A DNA stretch of 64,000 bases from an uncultured Pseudomonadales bacterium (GCA_964437755.1 CAYTIA010000003.1:7641-71640), one strand, 5' to 3'; shown: positions 10,020-19,999, numbered from the stretch's first letter. Translations and numbers: made by a program. The notes: a model not told the origin generated them from the letters alone.

Positions 10020-11012
10020 ATGTCAAAAGTAAAAATATTTGTTGTAATACCCACCATTAGAGACGTGGAGATGTTAAAGAAGTGGAAGAATCAAATTAAA
10101 GATTGCCATGTCATTATTTGTGAAGACCATCATGAAAAAACAGTAAAAGTTCCAGAAGTTGGCAGAAAGACTTACCATTATTCTTGGAAAGAGATTGATG
10201 AGGACCTTGGAGAAAATAGTTGGATTATTCCCAGAAGAGTTTCTGGTATTCGTAATTACGGATTTCTAAAAGCATTCCAAATGAAAGCTGACATCATAAT
10301 TACTCTAGACGATGACTGTTACCCCGTTAAAAACCATAATTTAATCCAACAACACCTGCAAAATTTAAGCATCTCAGTTCCCAAGAAATGGGTCAACACA
10401 TATCCTGATTCTCGCCATCTATATACACGAGGTATGCCCTATCTTAATAGAACAGAACAGCAGGTGATGATAAGCCATGGCTTATGGACAAACGTTCTAG
10501 ATTTTGATGGAGCAACTCACCTCCAAAAACTCCAGTTTCAGGCTGAATTTGCTCAACATTTCTTACAAATTATTCCCCATGGAGCTTATTACCCAATGTG
10601 CTCGATGAATTTGGCATTTGATGCAAAGATTACTCCAATAATGTATTTTCCATTAATGGGAGAAGATTCTCTAGGTAACAAGTGGGGCTATGATCGTTTT
10701 GATGATATCTGGGCCGGCATCTTTTCAAAAAAGATTATGGATCACCTAGGTTATGCAGTAATCAATGGCTCTCCTTTTGTTAAACACAACAAAGCTTCCG
10801 ACCCGTTTAAAAATTTACAGAAAGAAGCTCTTGGGATAGAAGCAAACGAGGAACTGTGGAAATTAGTGGATCAAGTACACCTTACCTCTTCTTCTCCAGT
10901 TCAGTGTTACTTAGAACTTGCAAATAAAATTAAATGGCCAAAAGAAAAGTATTTTTCAAAAGATTTAAAAAAGGCAATGATTATTTGGGCTTCTCTCTTC
11001 CCAAAAACATAA
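10020..11012 (+). CDS. Reversibly glycosylated polypeptide (RGP) / UDP-L-arabinopyranose mutase-family protein (PF03214-like)
   Basis: Recalled plant RGP/UAM motifs are matched along the whole length: 'VIPTIR', 'ITLDDDCYP', 'SHGLWTNVLDFDGATH', 'PMCSMNLAFD', 'RFDDIWAGIF', 'HNKASDPFKNLQKE'. Confidence 0.65.
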   Translation: MSKVKIFVVIPTIRDVEMLKKWKNQIKDCHVIICEDHHEKTVKVPEVGRKTYHYSWKEIDEDLGENSWIIPRRVSGIRNYGFLKAFQMKADIIITLDDDCYPVKNHNLIQQHLQNLSISVPKKWVNTYPDSRHLYTRGMPYLNRTEQQVMISHGLWTNVLDFDGATHLQKLQFQAEFAQHFLQIIPHGAYYPMCSMNLAFDAKITPIMYFPLMGEDSLGNKWGYDRFDDIWAGIFSKKIMDHLGYAVINGSPFVKHNKASDPFKNLQKEALGIEANEELWKLVDQVHLTSSSPVQCYLELANKIKWPKEKYFSKDLKKAMIIWASLFPKT

Positions 11013-11067
11013 AGTCTAAATTTAAAATACAAAATATTACCAATCAGGGTTACTTTATTTAGAAAAA

Positions 11068-12207
11068 GTGAAGTCAATATCTAAACAAATTTCTGTATCA
11101 CTTCTATTAAAAAGTGAGGTTGGACAGATTAGCGAGAATGAGCTTGCGGGTACCGAACAAGTTTTTCTAAAAGATATCTCTGCACTAAATAAATTTTGCA
11201 ACATAAAAGCTTACGCTAGATTTTGTAATAACAACCCGAGAGTTAGAACTTTGTTCTTTTCAAAAAGAGTGCTAAATACTCGTTTCTCGTTTATTCATGA
11301 ACTTTTCTACCACATTCAGTTTGTATTACTTAACCAAAAGAGCGATATATTAATAGGTTATTCTACACCGTTACTAGCTCTCTTCTCGAACAAAAATACC
11401 ATAGTTTTTCTTCATAATAATCATCCTTTTCCCCTATACAAAAAGTTTAAGCAAAAATATCAGAAAGCCACTTATGTTTTTTGCTCAAAAGCATTAAAAA
11501 ATGAGGTAATCAAAAAAAACAAACTTAACTTGCCAAAAACTTTTGTCTTGCACAATTCAATTGACACTAACATTTTTAATTGTAATCATAAGAAGGCTAT
11601 CGATTCGGAAAAAACAAGTAAACTTAAAATTCTCTTTTGCAGCGCATGGACTCAAGAAAAAGGGTTAAATGTTCTCTTGAAAGCAATTCTCCTTCTTCCA
11701 AAAGAATTGAGGCAAAAAATCTCACTAACTATCTCAAGTAGTCCAAAATTATGGTATTCAGATAATCCAGAGTTAAGAAGAACATATACTGAAGAATCCT
11801 TAGCATTATTAAGAAAAATAAAAGGCGTTCATCTATTAAATGGTGTTGATCATGCAGAACTATCTAAACTCTATTTTCAAAATGAGTTCACAGTTTTTCC
11901 CTCTATCTGGGATGAGCCTTTTGGCTTAGTATGTCTTGAATCGATTGCTTGTGGAACAAAAGTAATAAGCTTCTCGAACCCATCTACTACAGAAATTTTA
12001 GATAAAAACAATTCCATAATTGTTTTAGGGAAAAAAGCCTCATCATTAAAAAATTGTTTAGTCAAATTAATTAAGAGTCATAAAATTAAAAAAGGAAATA
12101 AAAGAAGTCTTTTAACCAAAAAAAATTCACTTATGATCGATAGTAGAAGGATGAATAAATTCAAAGAAATTATTAATCAGGTAGTTATAGAAGATGTATC
12201 GAGATGA
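11068..12207 (+). CDS. Glycosyltransferase family 4
   Basis: 'FPSIWDEPFGLVCLESIACGTKVISF' GT4 motif. GTG start; translationally coupled (ATGA overlap) to the next gene. Confidence 0.65.
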   Translation: MKSISKQISVSLLLKSEVGQISENELAGTEQVFLKDISALNKFCNIKAYARFCNNNPRVRTLFFSKRVLNTRFSFIHELFYHIQFVLLNQKSDILIGYSTPLLALFSNKNTIVFLHNNHPFPLYKKFKQKYQKATYVFCSKALKNEVIKKNKLNLPKTFVLHNSIDTNIFNCNHKKAIDSEKTSKLKILFCSAWTQEKGLNVLLKAILLLPKELRQKISLTISSSPKLWYSDNPELRRTYTEESLALLRKIKGVHLLNGVDHAELSKLYFQNEFTVFPSIWDEPFGLVCLESIACGTKVISFSNPSTTEILDKNNSIIVLGKKASSLKNCLVKLIKSHKIKKGNKRSLLTKKNSLMIDSRRMNKFKEIINQVVIEDVSR

Positions 12208-13199
12208 TAAAAAATAATAACAATTACCAAACCAACTCCACTTCTAAAACAGTTAAGGGTTTTAATAAAATTAATTTTATATCAATTGGCATCTGTACTA
12301 AAAATAACTACAAATTACTTAATAAGTGTTTAAAATCAATTAATAATCTGGTCATACCCAACAATCTTAAGGTTGAGATAGTCGTGATTGATCAAAGTGA
12401 CAATCAATTAAAACTTGACTCTTCAAAATTCAAAAGGTTAGTTTTCAAACAGTTCTTTTCTAAACACGCTGGTATTTCATTTGCGAGAAATGAGCTATTT
12501 AAGTTCGCAAGTGGAGACATACTATTTATCACCGATGATGACACTATCGTTAGCAATAACTGGATTACGTCTACCATCGATTTATTTTCTCAAAACAATA
12601 GGGTAGGAATAATAGGTGGAAAAATAAAACAATTAAACAAAACACCAAATTCTTTCTCAAACACTCTAAAAGAGTTGGATTACAACAAAAATTTTTGGCC
12701 ATATGCTTTACTTGATTTAGGAGAAAAAGTTAAAACTATCGACAAAGACACTCACTACCCCTGTTTTGCTAACATGGCGATAAGGAAAAAGGTTTATAAA
12801 AATGTTAAGATTGACACCGACTTTGGAAATCAAGAAAGTTTTTTTAAAATCTTTGGAGGAGAAGACCCCGCATTTGTCGAAGAAGTAAAAAAAACTTACT
12901 CCCTTCTTTATAACCCCAACATGCTTGTTTGGCATTATATAAAACCTCACAAATTCTCAAAAAAATATTTCATTTGGAGATATTTTGAATGGGGAAAAGA
13001 AAGAGCTTTGTTGAAAACAAAATACAACATTCCCTTCAACATTACCCTCAATCAATTATTTAAGAATATTATCAATTTAATTAGGAATATAAAAAACGGC
13101 AGAACTTATCTTAACGAACTATTATATATAGTACCTGCACTGAGTTTTTCATCAACCATTTTTTTCTTAAAAGTATCCAATATTCCAAAAAAGTCATAA
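12204..13199 (+). CDS. Glycosyltransferase family 2
   Basis: 'ISIGICTKNNYKLLNKCLKSI' GT2 N-terminus and a 'FITDDDTIV' DxD motif. Confidence 0.6.
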   Translation: MIKNNNNYQTNSTSKTVKGFNKINFISIGICTKNNYKLLNKCLKSINNLVIPNNLKVEIVVIDQSDNQLKLDSSKFKRLVFKQFFSKHAGISFARNELFKFASGDILFITDDDTIVSNNWITSTIDLFSQNNRVGIIGGKIKQLNKTPNSFSNTLKELDYNKNFWPYALLDLGEKVKTIDKDTHYPCFANMAIRKKVYKNVKIDTDFGNQESFFKIFGGEDPAFVEEVKKTYSLLYNPNMLVWHYIKPHKFSKKYFIWRYFEWGKERALLKTKYNIPFNITLNQLFKNIINLIRNIKNGRTYLNELLYIVPALSFSSTIFFLKVSNIPKKS

Positions 13200-13205
13200 T
13201 TTTTT

Positions 13206-14336
13206 ATGAAAAAAAGTATTTTATTTATTTCCGACAGATATCATATTGGAGGTGTTTCATCTTCAATTAAAACCTACATCTCAGCTCTTGATGAAAATTA
13301 CAAAGTTATTCTTATAGCTCGAGAAGATAATTTAACTAACTCTCAAGATTTTTTTAAAAACTGTACTCCTGTTACTGTAAGTGGAAAGGTTAGATTCTCA
13401 TTAATTGGTAGATTGCTTGACTCTTTTCAGTATCTTAAAGAGCTTCATAAGATTTACATGAAATATCAACCAGAAGTGGTACATTTTTCAACTACTTGGT
13501 CCTCTCTCTACTCTTTTCTTCATCCATTAACATGGAGAAAAAAACGAGTTATTACTTTCCACGGAGCCTTTGATTTAGAAGAAATAAGCAGCAATCAATC
13601 CAGTTCAAAGATAGATTTAAAACTCAAAAAAACACTTCAAAAATTCTCTCTGCAAAGCTCTCACAAGATAATAGTTTTTAGTCAATTCGCTAAAAAATTA
13701 GTTCTAACTCACTTCGGAGATAAGCTTAATGAAAAGATTTTATTGATTCCTGGCTCTACTCAGACTAAACAAATAAAACATCTTAAAAATAAAGAGCTTA
13801 CACTTGTTAATTTTGGGAGGGCTGAGCCACGAAAAGGCCTGGATCTTATTTTTGTGGCAGTTAGTGAGCTATTAAAGAGAGGAATAAAAACAAAATTATA
13901 TCTTGCCTCCCCAGTAGAGTTTTACTATTACACTGATTTGTTGAAGGTTTATCAAGAAAACAACCTTTTTTTGTCAGTTCATCTAACACATTTGGTTTCA
14001 AGTGAGCAAAAAGAACATTTGTTACAGATGGCAGATTTATTTATTATGCCATCAGTTGAACTTGAAACATTTGGATTAACAGTTATTGAAAGTCTTGCGC
14101 ACGGAGTTCCAGTAATTGGCAGTGATTGTGGAGCAATCCCAGAAATATTAAGCAAGGTTAATAAACAATTAATATTTTCGAAGAAATCACCGGAGTCATT
14201 AGTTGAAAAAATTACTTGGTATAGTCAACTTAGCAATGAGGAGAAGCAAAAAATTAGAATAAAATGCATTCGGACTGTAGAACAGTATTATTCTGTTGAA
14301 AAGAATAAGCAGAAAATAATGAGTATTTATGGATAA
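13206..14336 (+). CDS. Glycosyltransferase family 4 (tandem duplicate copy 1)
   Basis: 'MPSVELETFGLTVIESLAHGVPVIGSDCGAIPEI' GT4 motif. It is 100% identical to the next gene from residue about 21 onward. Confidence 0.7.
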   Translation: MKKSILFISDRYHIGGVSSSIKTYISALDENYKVILIAREDNLTNSQDFFKNCTPVTVSGKVRFSLIGRLLDSFQYLKELHKIYMKYQPEVVHFSTTWSSLYSFLHPLTWRKKRVITFHGAFDLEEISSNQSSSKIDLKLKKTLQKFSLQSSHKIIVFSQFAKKLVLTHFGDKLNEKILLIPGSTQTKQIKHLKNKELTLVNFGRAEPRKGLDLIFVAVSELLKRGIKTKLYLASPVEFYYYTDLLKVYQENNLFLSVHLTHLVSSEQKEHLLQMADLFIMPSVELETFGLTVIESLAHGVPVIGSDCGAIPEILSKVNKQLIFSKKSPESLVEKITWYSQLSNEEKQKIRIKCIRTVEQYYSVEKNKQKIMSIYG

Positions 14337-14375
14337 AATTAGGGATTCTTAAAAAAGTTACTCTAGAAAAATTTT

Positions 14376-15509
14376 ATGAAAATAAAAACAATATTATTCA
14401 CCATTGATAATTATCACATCGGAGGTATCACCTCCTTCATTAAAACCTACATCTCAGCTCTTGATGAAAATTACAAAGTTATTCTTATAGCTCGAGAAGA
14501 TAATTTAACTAACTCTCAAGATTTTTTTAAAAACTGTACTCCTGTTACTGTAAGTGGAAAGGTTAGATTCTCATTAATTGGTAGATTGCTTGACTCTTTT
14601 CAGTATCTTAAAGAGCTTCATAAGATTTACATGAAATATCAACCAGAAGTGGTACATTTTTCAACTACTTGGTCCTCTCTCTACTCTTTTCTTCATCCAT
14701 TAACATGGAGAAAAAAACGAGTTATTACTTTCCACGGAGCCTTTGATTTAGAAGAAATAAGCAGCAATCAATCCAGTTCAAAGATAGATTTAAAACTCAA
14801 AAAAACACTTCAAAAATTCTCTCTGCAAAGCTCTCACAAGATAATAGTTTTTAGTCAATTCGCTAAAAAATTAGTTCTAACTCACTTCGGAGATAAGCTT
14901 AATGAAAAGATTTTATTGATTCCTGGCTCTACTCAGACTAAACAAATAAAACATCTTAAAAATAAAGAGCTTACACTTGTTAATTTTGGGAGGGCTGAGC
15001 CACGAAAAGGCCTGGATCTTATTTTTGTGGCAGTTAGTGAGCTATTAAAGAGAGGAATAAAAACAAAATTATATCTTGCCTCCCCAGTAGAGTTTTACTA
15101 TTACACTGATTTGTTGAAGGTTTATCAAGAAAACAACCTTTTTTTGTCAGTTCATCTAACACATTTGGTTTCAAGTGAGCAAAAAGAACATTTGTTACAG
15201 ATGGCAGATTTATTTATTATGCCATCAGTTGAACTTGAAACATTTGGATTAACAGTTATTGAAAGTCTTGCGCACGGAGTTCCAGTAATTGGCAGTGATT
15301 GTGGAGCAATCCCAGAAATATTAAGCAAGGTTAATAAACAATTAATATTTTCGAAGAAATCACCGGAGTCATTAGTTGAAAAAATTACTTGGTATAGTCA
15401 ACTTAGCAATGAGGAGAAGCAAAAAATTAGAATAAAATGCATTCGGACTGTAGAACAGTATTATTCTGTTGAAAAGAATAAGCAGAAAATAATGAGTATT
15501 TATGGATAG
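14376..15509 (+). CDS. Glycosyltransferase family 4 (tandem duplicate copy 2)
   Basis: Identical protein to copy 1 except the first about 21 aa. The DNA is identical over about 1070 bp (13266-14335 vs 14439-15508). Confidence 0.7.
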   Translation: MKIKTILFTIDNYHIGGITSFIKTYISALDENYKVILIAREDNLTNSQDFFKNCTPVTVSGKVRFSLIGRLLDSFQYLKELHKIYMKYQPEVVHFSTTWSSLYSFLHPLTWRKKRVITFHGAFDLEEISSNQSSSKIDLKLKKTLQKFSLQSSHKIIVFSQFAKKLVLTHFGDKLNEKILLIPGSTQTKQIKHLKNKELTLVNFGRAEPRKGLDLIFVAVSELLKRGIKTKLYLASPVEFYYYTDLLKVYQENNLFLSVHLTHLVSSEQKEHLLQMADLFIMPSVELETFGLTVIESLAHGVPVIGSDCGAIPEILSKVNKQLIFSKKSPESLVEKITWYSQLSNEEKQKIRIKCIRTVEQYYSVEKNKQKIMSIYG

Positions 15510-15520
15510 ATTACAAAACA

Positions 15521-16399
15521 ATGAAGAAAATCATAAATAAATCCTTTCTATACAATTTATTTAAAAATACTAATCTTAAATATAAATATTTGTTGGCAGT
15601 AACCAAAATACTAAAAACAAAATCTATAATAGTAAGAAAAAAATCTAATGTCGTCGTCTCTTGCGTAACATCCAAAAAAGATTATGTTTTTCTAATTCTT
15701 GCTATAAAGAGTTTTTTTTCACACATAAATACAAATTTTTCATTAATAATTTTTGATGATGGATCATTATCAGAGAAACACGTAAAAACTCTTAAAAAAC
15801 ATTTAATAAACTCCATAATTATTAATAAAAAGCAATATGTTAAAAAAGTTAAAAAAATTTATGGCAAAAATCACGTATTTTTTCAAAAAAAAGACATTCC
15901 TTATGTAATGAAAAAATTAGGTCCTGTTTTATTTACCTCTTGTAAGAAGATAATATTTTTAGATAGTGATGTTTTATTTTTTAAAAATGATTCAATAATT
16001 GATAACTGGATTCAGAATAAATACGATGCATTTTTTATTCAAGATCATCAGGATGCATATTTTCTCTCTCAAATTGAATCAAGGAAAATTTTTGGGGTTA
16101 ATTTATTACCCAAGCTAAATTCTGGTTTCTTAGGCATTAACAGAAAAGATATTAATCTTACTATCTTTAAAAAACTTTTAGAAACATATGAACAATTAAG
16201 TGTATATAGACCGTGGCAATTTCAAACTTTTTTCGCAATAGCACTATCAAGAAAAAAATGTTTAGTATTGCCAAGAAATTACTTAATTAGCGAAAAAAAA
16301 AGTATTAATTCCGCAACAGTTTGTTGTCATTATGTAAGAACCATTAGACACAAAATGTATAATGATGCTCAAATTGTTTTAAATAATCTTAATTTATAA
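15521..16399 (+). CDS. Putative nucleotide-diphospho-sugar transferase (GT-A fold, DxD)
   Basis: 'LIIFDDGS' and 'IIFLDSDVLFF' DxD-type motifs. The family assignment (GT8/GT77-like) is uncertain. Confidence 0.4.
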   Translation: MKKIINKSFLYNLFKNTNLKYKYLLAVTKILKTKSIIVRKKSNVVVSCVTSKKDYVFLILAIKSFFSHINTNFSLIIFDDGSLSEKHVKTLKKHLINSIIINKKQYVKKVKKIYGKNHVFFQKKDIPYVMKKLGPVLFTSCKKIIFLDSDVLFFKNDSIIDNWIQNKYDAFFIQDHQDAYFLSQIESRKIFGVNLLPKLNSGFLGINRKDINLTIFKKLLETYEQLSVYRPWQFQTFFAIALSRKKCLVLPRNYLISEKKSINSATVCCHYVRTIRHKMYNDAQIVLNNLNL

Positions 16400-16419
16400 A
16401 ACCATATACTAAATAAGTA

Positions 16420-17163
16420 CTAAAAATCGGCAAAACTTTTTTCATACTCTGAAATTAAAATTTTATCTCCACTTTTTTTTAATTTTCCGTTTTCTATCCA
16501 TACTATTCTGTTACAGCTACTTCTTAAATAATCCAACCAGTGAGATGCAAGAATAACAGTTTTCCCAGAATTAAAAAATTGCTTTATTTTTTCTGATATT
16601 TTTTTATTAAAATCTTCGTCTCCAGCCACCACACCTTCGTCAAGTAATAAAATATCTGGATCGCTGTGAATAGCGATGCTAAAACCTAACCTCAAATTCA
16701 TTCCAGCAGAATAAGTATAAAGTGGGCTATCAATAAACTTGCCAATATCCGCAAACTCAACTATCTGATTAAATTTACTTTTTATTTCCTTTTTAGACAT
16801 TCCAATTAGTAAACCATTTAGAAAAATGTTCTCTTCTCCTGTTAATTCGGGATGAAATCCGGCTGACACATCTATTAATGAAACAACTTTTCCATTGACT
16901 TGTACTTTTCCTGCTGTTGGTGCGGTAATTCCTGCAATTAACTTTAATATTGTTGTCTTGCCAGCCCCATTGGCTCCAATAATACCAACCTTTTCTCCTT
17001 TATTGATTTCAAGGTTAAAATTATTAATGGCGATAAATTTTTCTCGATAACCTCTTTTTATAATATTCTCCACAAAAGTGGGCTTTTCATGATGAAGAAT
17101 GTACTCTTTTTTTACATTTTTTAGAGATATTGCTACAGCTTTTTTTATTGTTTTTTTACTCAT
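16420..17163 (-). CDS. ABC transporter ATP-binding protein, polysaccharide/teichoic-acid export type (Wzt/TagH-like)
   Basis: Walker A 'GIIGANGAGKTT', an ABC signature region and a Walker B 'ILLLDE'. Adjacent to an ABC-2 permease. Confidence 0.8.
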   Translation of the reverse strand: MSKKTIKKAVAISLKNVKKEYILHHEKPTFVENIIKRGYREKFIAINNFNLEINKGEKVGIIGANGAGKTTILKLIAGITAPTAGKVQVNGKVVSLIDVSAGFHPELTGEENIFLNGLLIGMSKKEIKSKFNQIVEFADIGKFIDSPLYTYSAGMNLRLGFSIAIHSDPDILLLDEGVVAGDEDFNKKISEKIKQFFNSGKTVILASHWLDYLRSSCNRIVWIENGKLKKSGDKILISEYEKSFADF

Positions 17164-17192
17164 AAAGATTTCTTAAATTCTTTTGAAGATTC

Positions 17193-17993
17193 TTACATCC
17201 AGTCATCAAAAGTTGACGACCCTTTTCTAAAGACCCAAACTCCAAAGAAAAAAAATACAACTGAAGTTACCACACCAATCACAAGTGTGCTTACAAACTC
17301 ATTTCCAGTAACCGCTTGCTCAAGATATCCCAGGCTTCCAAAACGAAACAGAGCAATTAAGCCAGTCATTGGATTTAAATAAAAAAGGTTTTTAATTGAT
17401 TCTGGAATAAGTGTTAGAGAATATACAACTGGTGTGGTATAAAACCACAAAGGCATAATTGCCTGCACCACAAAATTGACATCTCGATATTTAACATTCA
17501 GACTTGAAAACAACAAAGACATTCCAGACGTAAGTATAAGTAGCCATAGTAAAGCTGGCAACAAAACCAACCAATTAATCAAATTTCCCATTCCAAATAA
17601 TAACGCTATTGGTAAAAACAACATTAAAGAGATGGCAAGATGAAAGAAATTAGACAAAACAATTGAAATTATTATGCTTTCTCTTGGGAATTTAGCTTTT
17701 TGAATTAAGCTTCTTTCGTATACAAACATTGGAGTGGTTTTGGTAATACTCATCGAAAAAAAATTCCATGGTAACAGTCCTGAAAAAAGAAAGAGAAAAT
17801 AGTTATCGGTTTGAACTGGCACGAAGAATTGAAAAACAAAACCTATAACCAACATTTGTAAAAGTGGATTTAATAATACCCATAAAAAACCTAAGGATGC
17901 GTGTTTATATCTTGCTTTTATTTCCTTCTCAGTCATTGCTAATAAAAAATCTGACCAGTAACTAAGTCGTTTTTGTATTTTATTTTGATTCAT
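17193..17993 (-). CDS. ABC-2 type transporter permease (Wzm-like)
   Basis: Six predicted TM helices, of ABC-2 family size, with the typical N-terminal 'EIKARYK' region. It sits upstream of its ATPase partner. Confidence 0.7.
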   Translation of the reverse strand: MNQNKIQKRLSYWSDFLLAMTEKEIKARYKHASLGFLWVLLNPLLQMLVIGFVFQFFVPVQTDNYFLFLFSGLLPWNFFSMSITKTTPMFVYERSLIQKAKFPRESIIISIVLSNFFHLAISLMLFLPIALLFGMGNLINWLVLLPALLWLLILTSGMSLLFSSLNVKYRDVNFVVQAIMPLWFYTTPVVYSLTLIPESIKNLFYLNPMTGLIALFRFGSLGYLEQAVTGNEFVSTLVIGVVTSVVFFFFGVWVFRKGSSTFDDWM

Positions 17994-18205
17994 GGGTGTG
18001 AGTGATAATAAAACAAAGAGGTGTTAATGGCAATTTGCAGATTTCTTCACCGTACTCTTTCAAAAATTAAAATTGCCATTTGACACACAAACATTTTTTA
18101 GAGTATTCTATATATCAGGACAGGTTGTGTTCGCTTGTTGTTATTTGTTCAAAAACTGTATACTAAAATAAAATATATATATTTCGCCAAATCAATCTAA
18201 CATCA

Positions 18206-19999
18206 ATGCAGTCAAACTACAACAATATCGATCAGAACACTAATAGTATGGACACAAATAATAGTGAGAGCACAAATATCAATACAAATTCTTCAGGAAT
18301 TAAACTCCTTCAAAATAAAAGGTTTCAATCAAAAAAAGCTAAGTTAATTGCGGGCGGACTTTTTGTATTATTTCTAGTAGTTGCTTTAGGAGCTGGATAT
18401 TTTTTAACTCAAATGGGTCAAGATTTAAGACAACAAGCAGCAGCAGGTGATTATCCAGGTACTTGTTATCCTGGTTCTTGCCCAGCAGGTTGGGAACCAG
18501 CAAATACTGGCATGTGTTATCCAGAATGTGGTGGTAGCCAAGTTTGTTGTATACTAAGCACAAGTTGTTCAGATTATCAAGCTGGCTCTTCTTCATGCCC
18601 CGTCCATTCAAATTTAGCAACTGCTTGCCCAAATTGGGCTAATAAAGGCACGTGTACTAGATGGCTAAATGGACAGTGTCACCCTGTTTATGGTTTGGTT
18701 TGTAGCGATGGTTCATGGGGGGTACCTTGTACAGCGGGTGATGCCGGCTGTCAATACTGCTCTGTGTGTGGTAATTATGAGAGATGTCCAGAAGTTACAC
18801 CAACTCCATCAACATACAATTCACCTACACCAACTCCACCAACATACAATTCGCCAACTCCAACTCCTCCTCTTGTTGAAAGAACTTTATCAGGAAGAGT
18901 GTTTTGTCAAGATATTGGAGATAATCCAGCTGCTCCAAGAGGAACACTGTATCCAATTAGCAACTTTTCTCTAGAAGAATCAACATGGACTCCCGGAGGG
19001 CTTGGAGTAACAGTATCGCTTCCAGTTGGCGCTGACGGTAATTTCAATACTAGCTTAACCACTACCGCAGAACTTTTTGCTGTGCGACTACCATTAATTG
19101 GTGGTGAAAGAAGACTTCCAGATGGAACTTTAAGCAATGGCCAGCCATACAGTGAAATGGTGGGTCCAGTCATTGAGGTATTTGACTATTGTAGATATGT
19201 GGGCAATCCTATTGGTTATGAGTCTTGTATTGTTTCAGCAAGAACAAATCATGTTAACTTTAATTTCAAGTATGAAAATTGTTCTCCAGGAGTTACCATT
19301 ACTCCAACTCCAACTCCCCAAGCTTCACCAACTCCTGTTCAAGTCTATCCTCAGTGTCTTTCGATAGTGATGACTGAACCAGACCAAACTCCAATTCCAA
19401 ATCCAGAAATGGCAGATATTGGTCAATTGGTAAGATTTAGCTGTATGGCAAGCGATCCAACTTTGGTAGCTTGGTATGAATTTAGAACTGCTAAGAGAGT
19501 TCCTACTAGCGTATCACCAATTATTGAAAATTTGGCCTCAGATCCAGCTGGGTCAAATGTTTCAGTTTTATATGAAATTTTGCCTGGAGAATACGTAGCT
19601 CAGTGTAGGGTGTGCTCAATCAATGCTCAACCAGGTGTCTGTGACACGCAGTGGGAGCCAATCATTTGGCCTGAACAACCAGTTGTTCCAACAGCAATTC
19701 CAACCTCAGAACCTATTTCATGTAATCCCGATGGTTCAGTCAGTATGATGATGAATTCCATTGGAGAAGGAATAGAAATTGCTGTTCAATCACTAACCCC
19801 ATTTACTAATGTTGAGCTTAGAATCGTCACCTCAACAAATCAAACCCTTGTTTATAGAGATCCAGAGGTATCGGGTTCTTACGTATGGACATGGATAATA
19901 AGTAATGTTCACCCTAATCAAATCAATGATGTTTATTTTTTTGTAAATACTGATCCTAGTAATCCTGGTTATGGAGGAACTTGTATTGGAATGATTTAA
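18206..19999 (+). CDS. Cys-rich multi-domain surface protein with N-terminal N/T-rich tail, a single TM anchor and Pro/Thr-rich linkers (hypothetical)
   Basis: Polar N-tail, then TM 'LIAGGLFVLFLVVALGAGYFL', a domain with more than 20 Cys, the 'TPTPSTYNSPTPTPPTYNSPTPTPP' linker, and two further domains separated by a 'TPTPTPQASPTP' linker. GC is noticeably above the flanks. Confidence 0.5.
   Translation: MQSNYNNIDQNTNSMDTNNSESTNINTNSSGIKLLQNKRFQSKKAKLIAGGLFVLFLVVALGAGYFLTQMGQDLRQQAAAGDYPGTCYPGSCPAGWEPANTGMCYPECGGSQVCCILSTSCSDYQAGSSSCPVHSNLATACPNWANKGTCTRWLNGQCHPVYGLVCSDGSWGVPCTAGDAGCQYCSVCGNYERCPEVTPTPSTYNSPTPTPPTYNSPTPTPPLVERTLSGRVFCQDIGDNPAAPRGTLYPISNFSLEESTWTPGGLGVTVSLPVGADGNFNTSLTTTAELFAVRLPLIGGERRLPDGTLSNGQPYSEMVGPVIEVFDYCRYVGNPIGYESCIVSARTNHVNFNFKYENCSPGVTITPTPTPQASPTPVQVYPQCLSIVMTEPDQTPIPNPEMADIGQLVRFSCMASDPTLVAWYEFRTAKRVPTSVSPIIENLASDPAGSNVSVLYEILPGEYVAQCRVCSINAQPGVCDTQWEPIIWPEQPVVPTAIPTSEPISCNPDGSVSMMMNSIGEGIEIAVQSLTPFTNVELRIVTSTNQTLVYRDPEVSGSYVWTWIISNVHPNQINDVYFFVNTDPSNPGYGGTCIGMI

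Noticed and set aside
18339-19367. Several 76-101-aa ORFs (both strands) nested in the first Cys-rich protein gene
   Set aside because: Alternative-frame or antisense translations of repetitive CCA/ACN/TGY-rich coding sequence. Low-complexity products with no independent signals.
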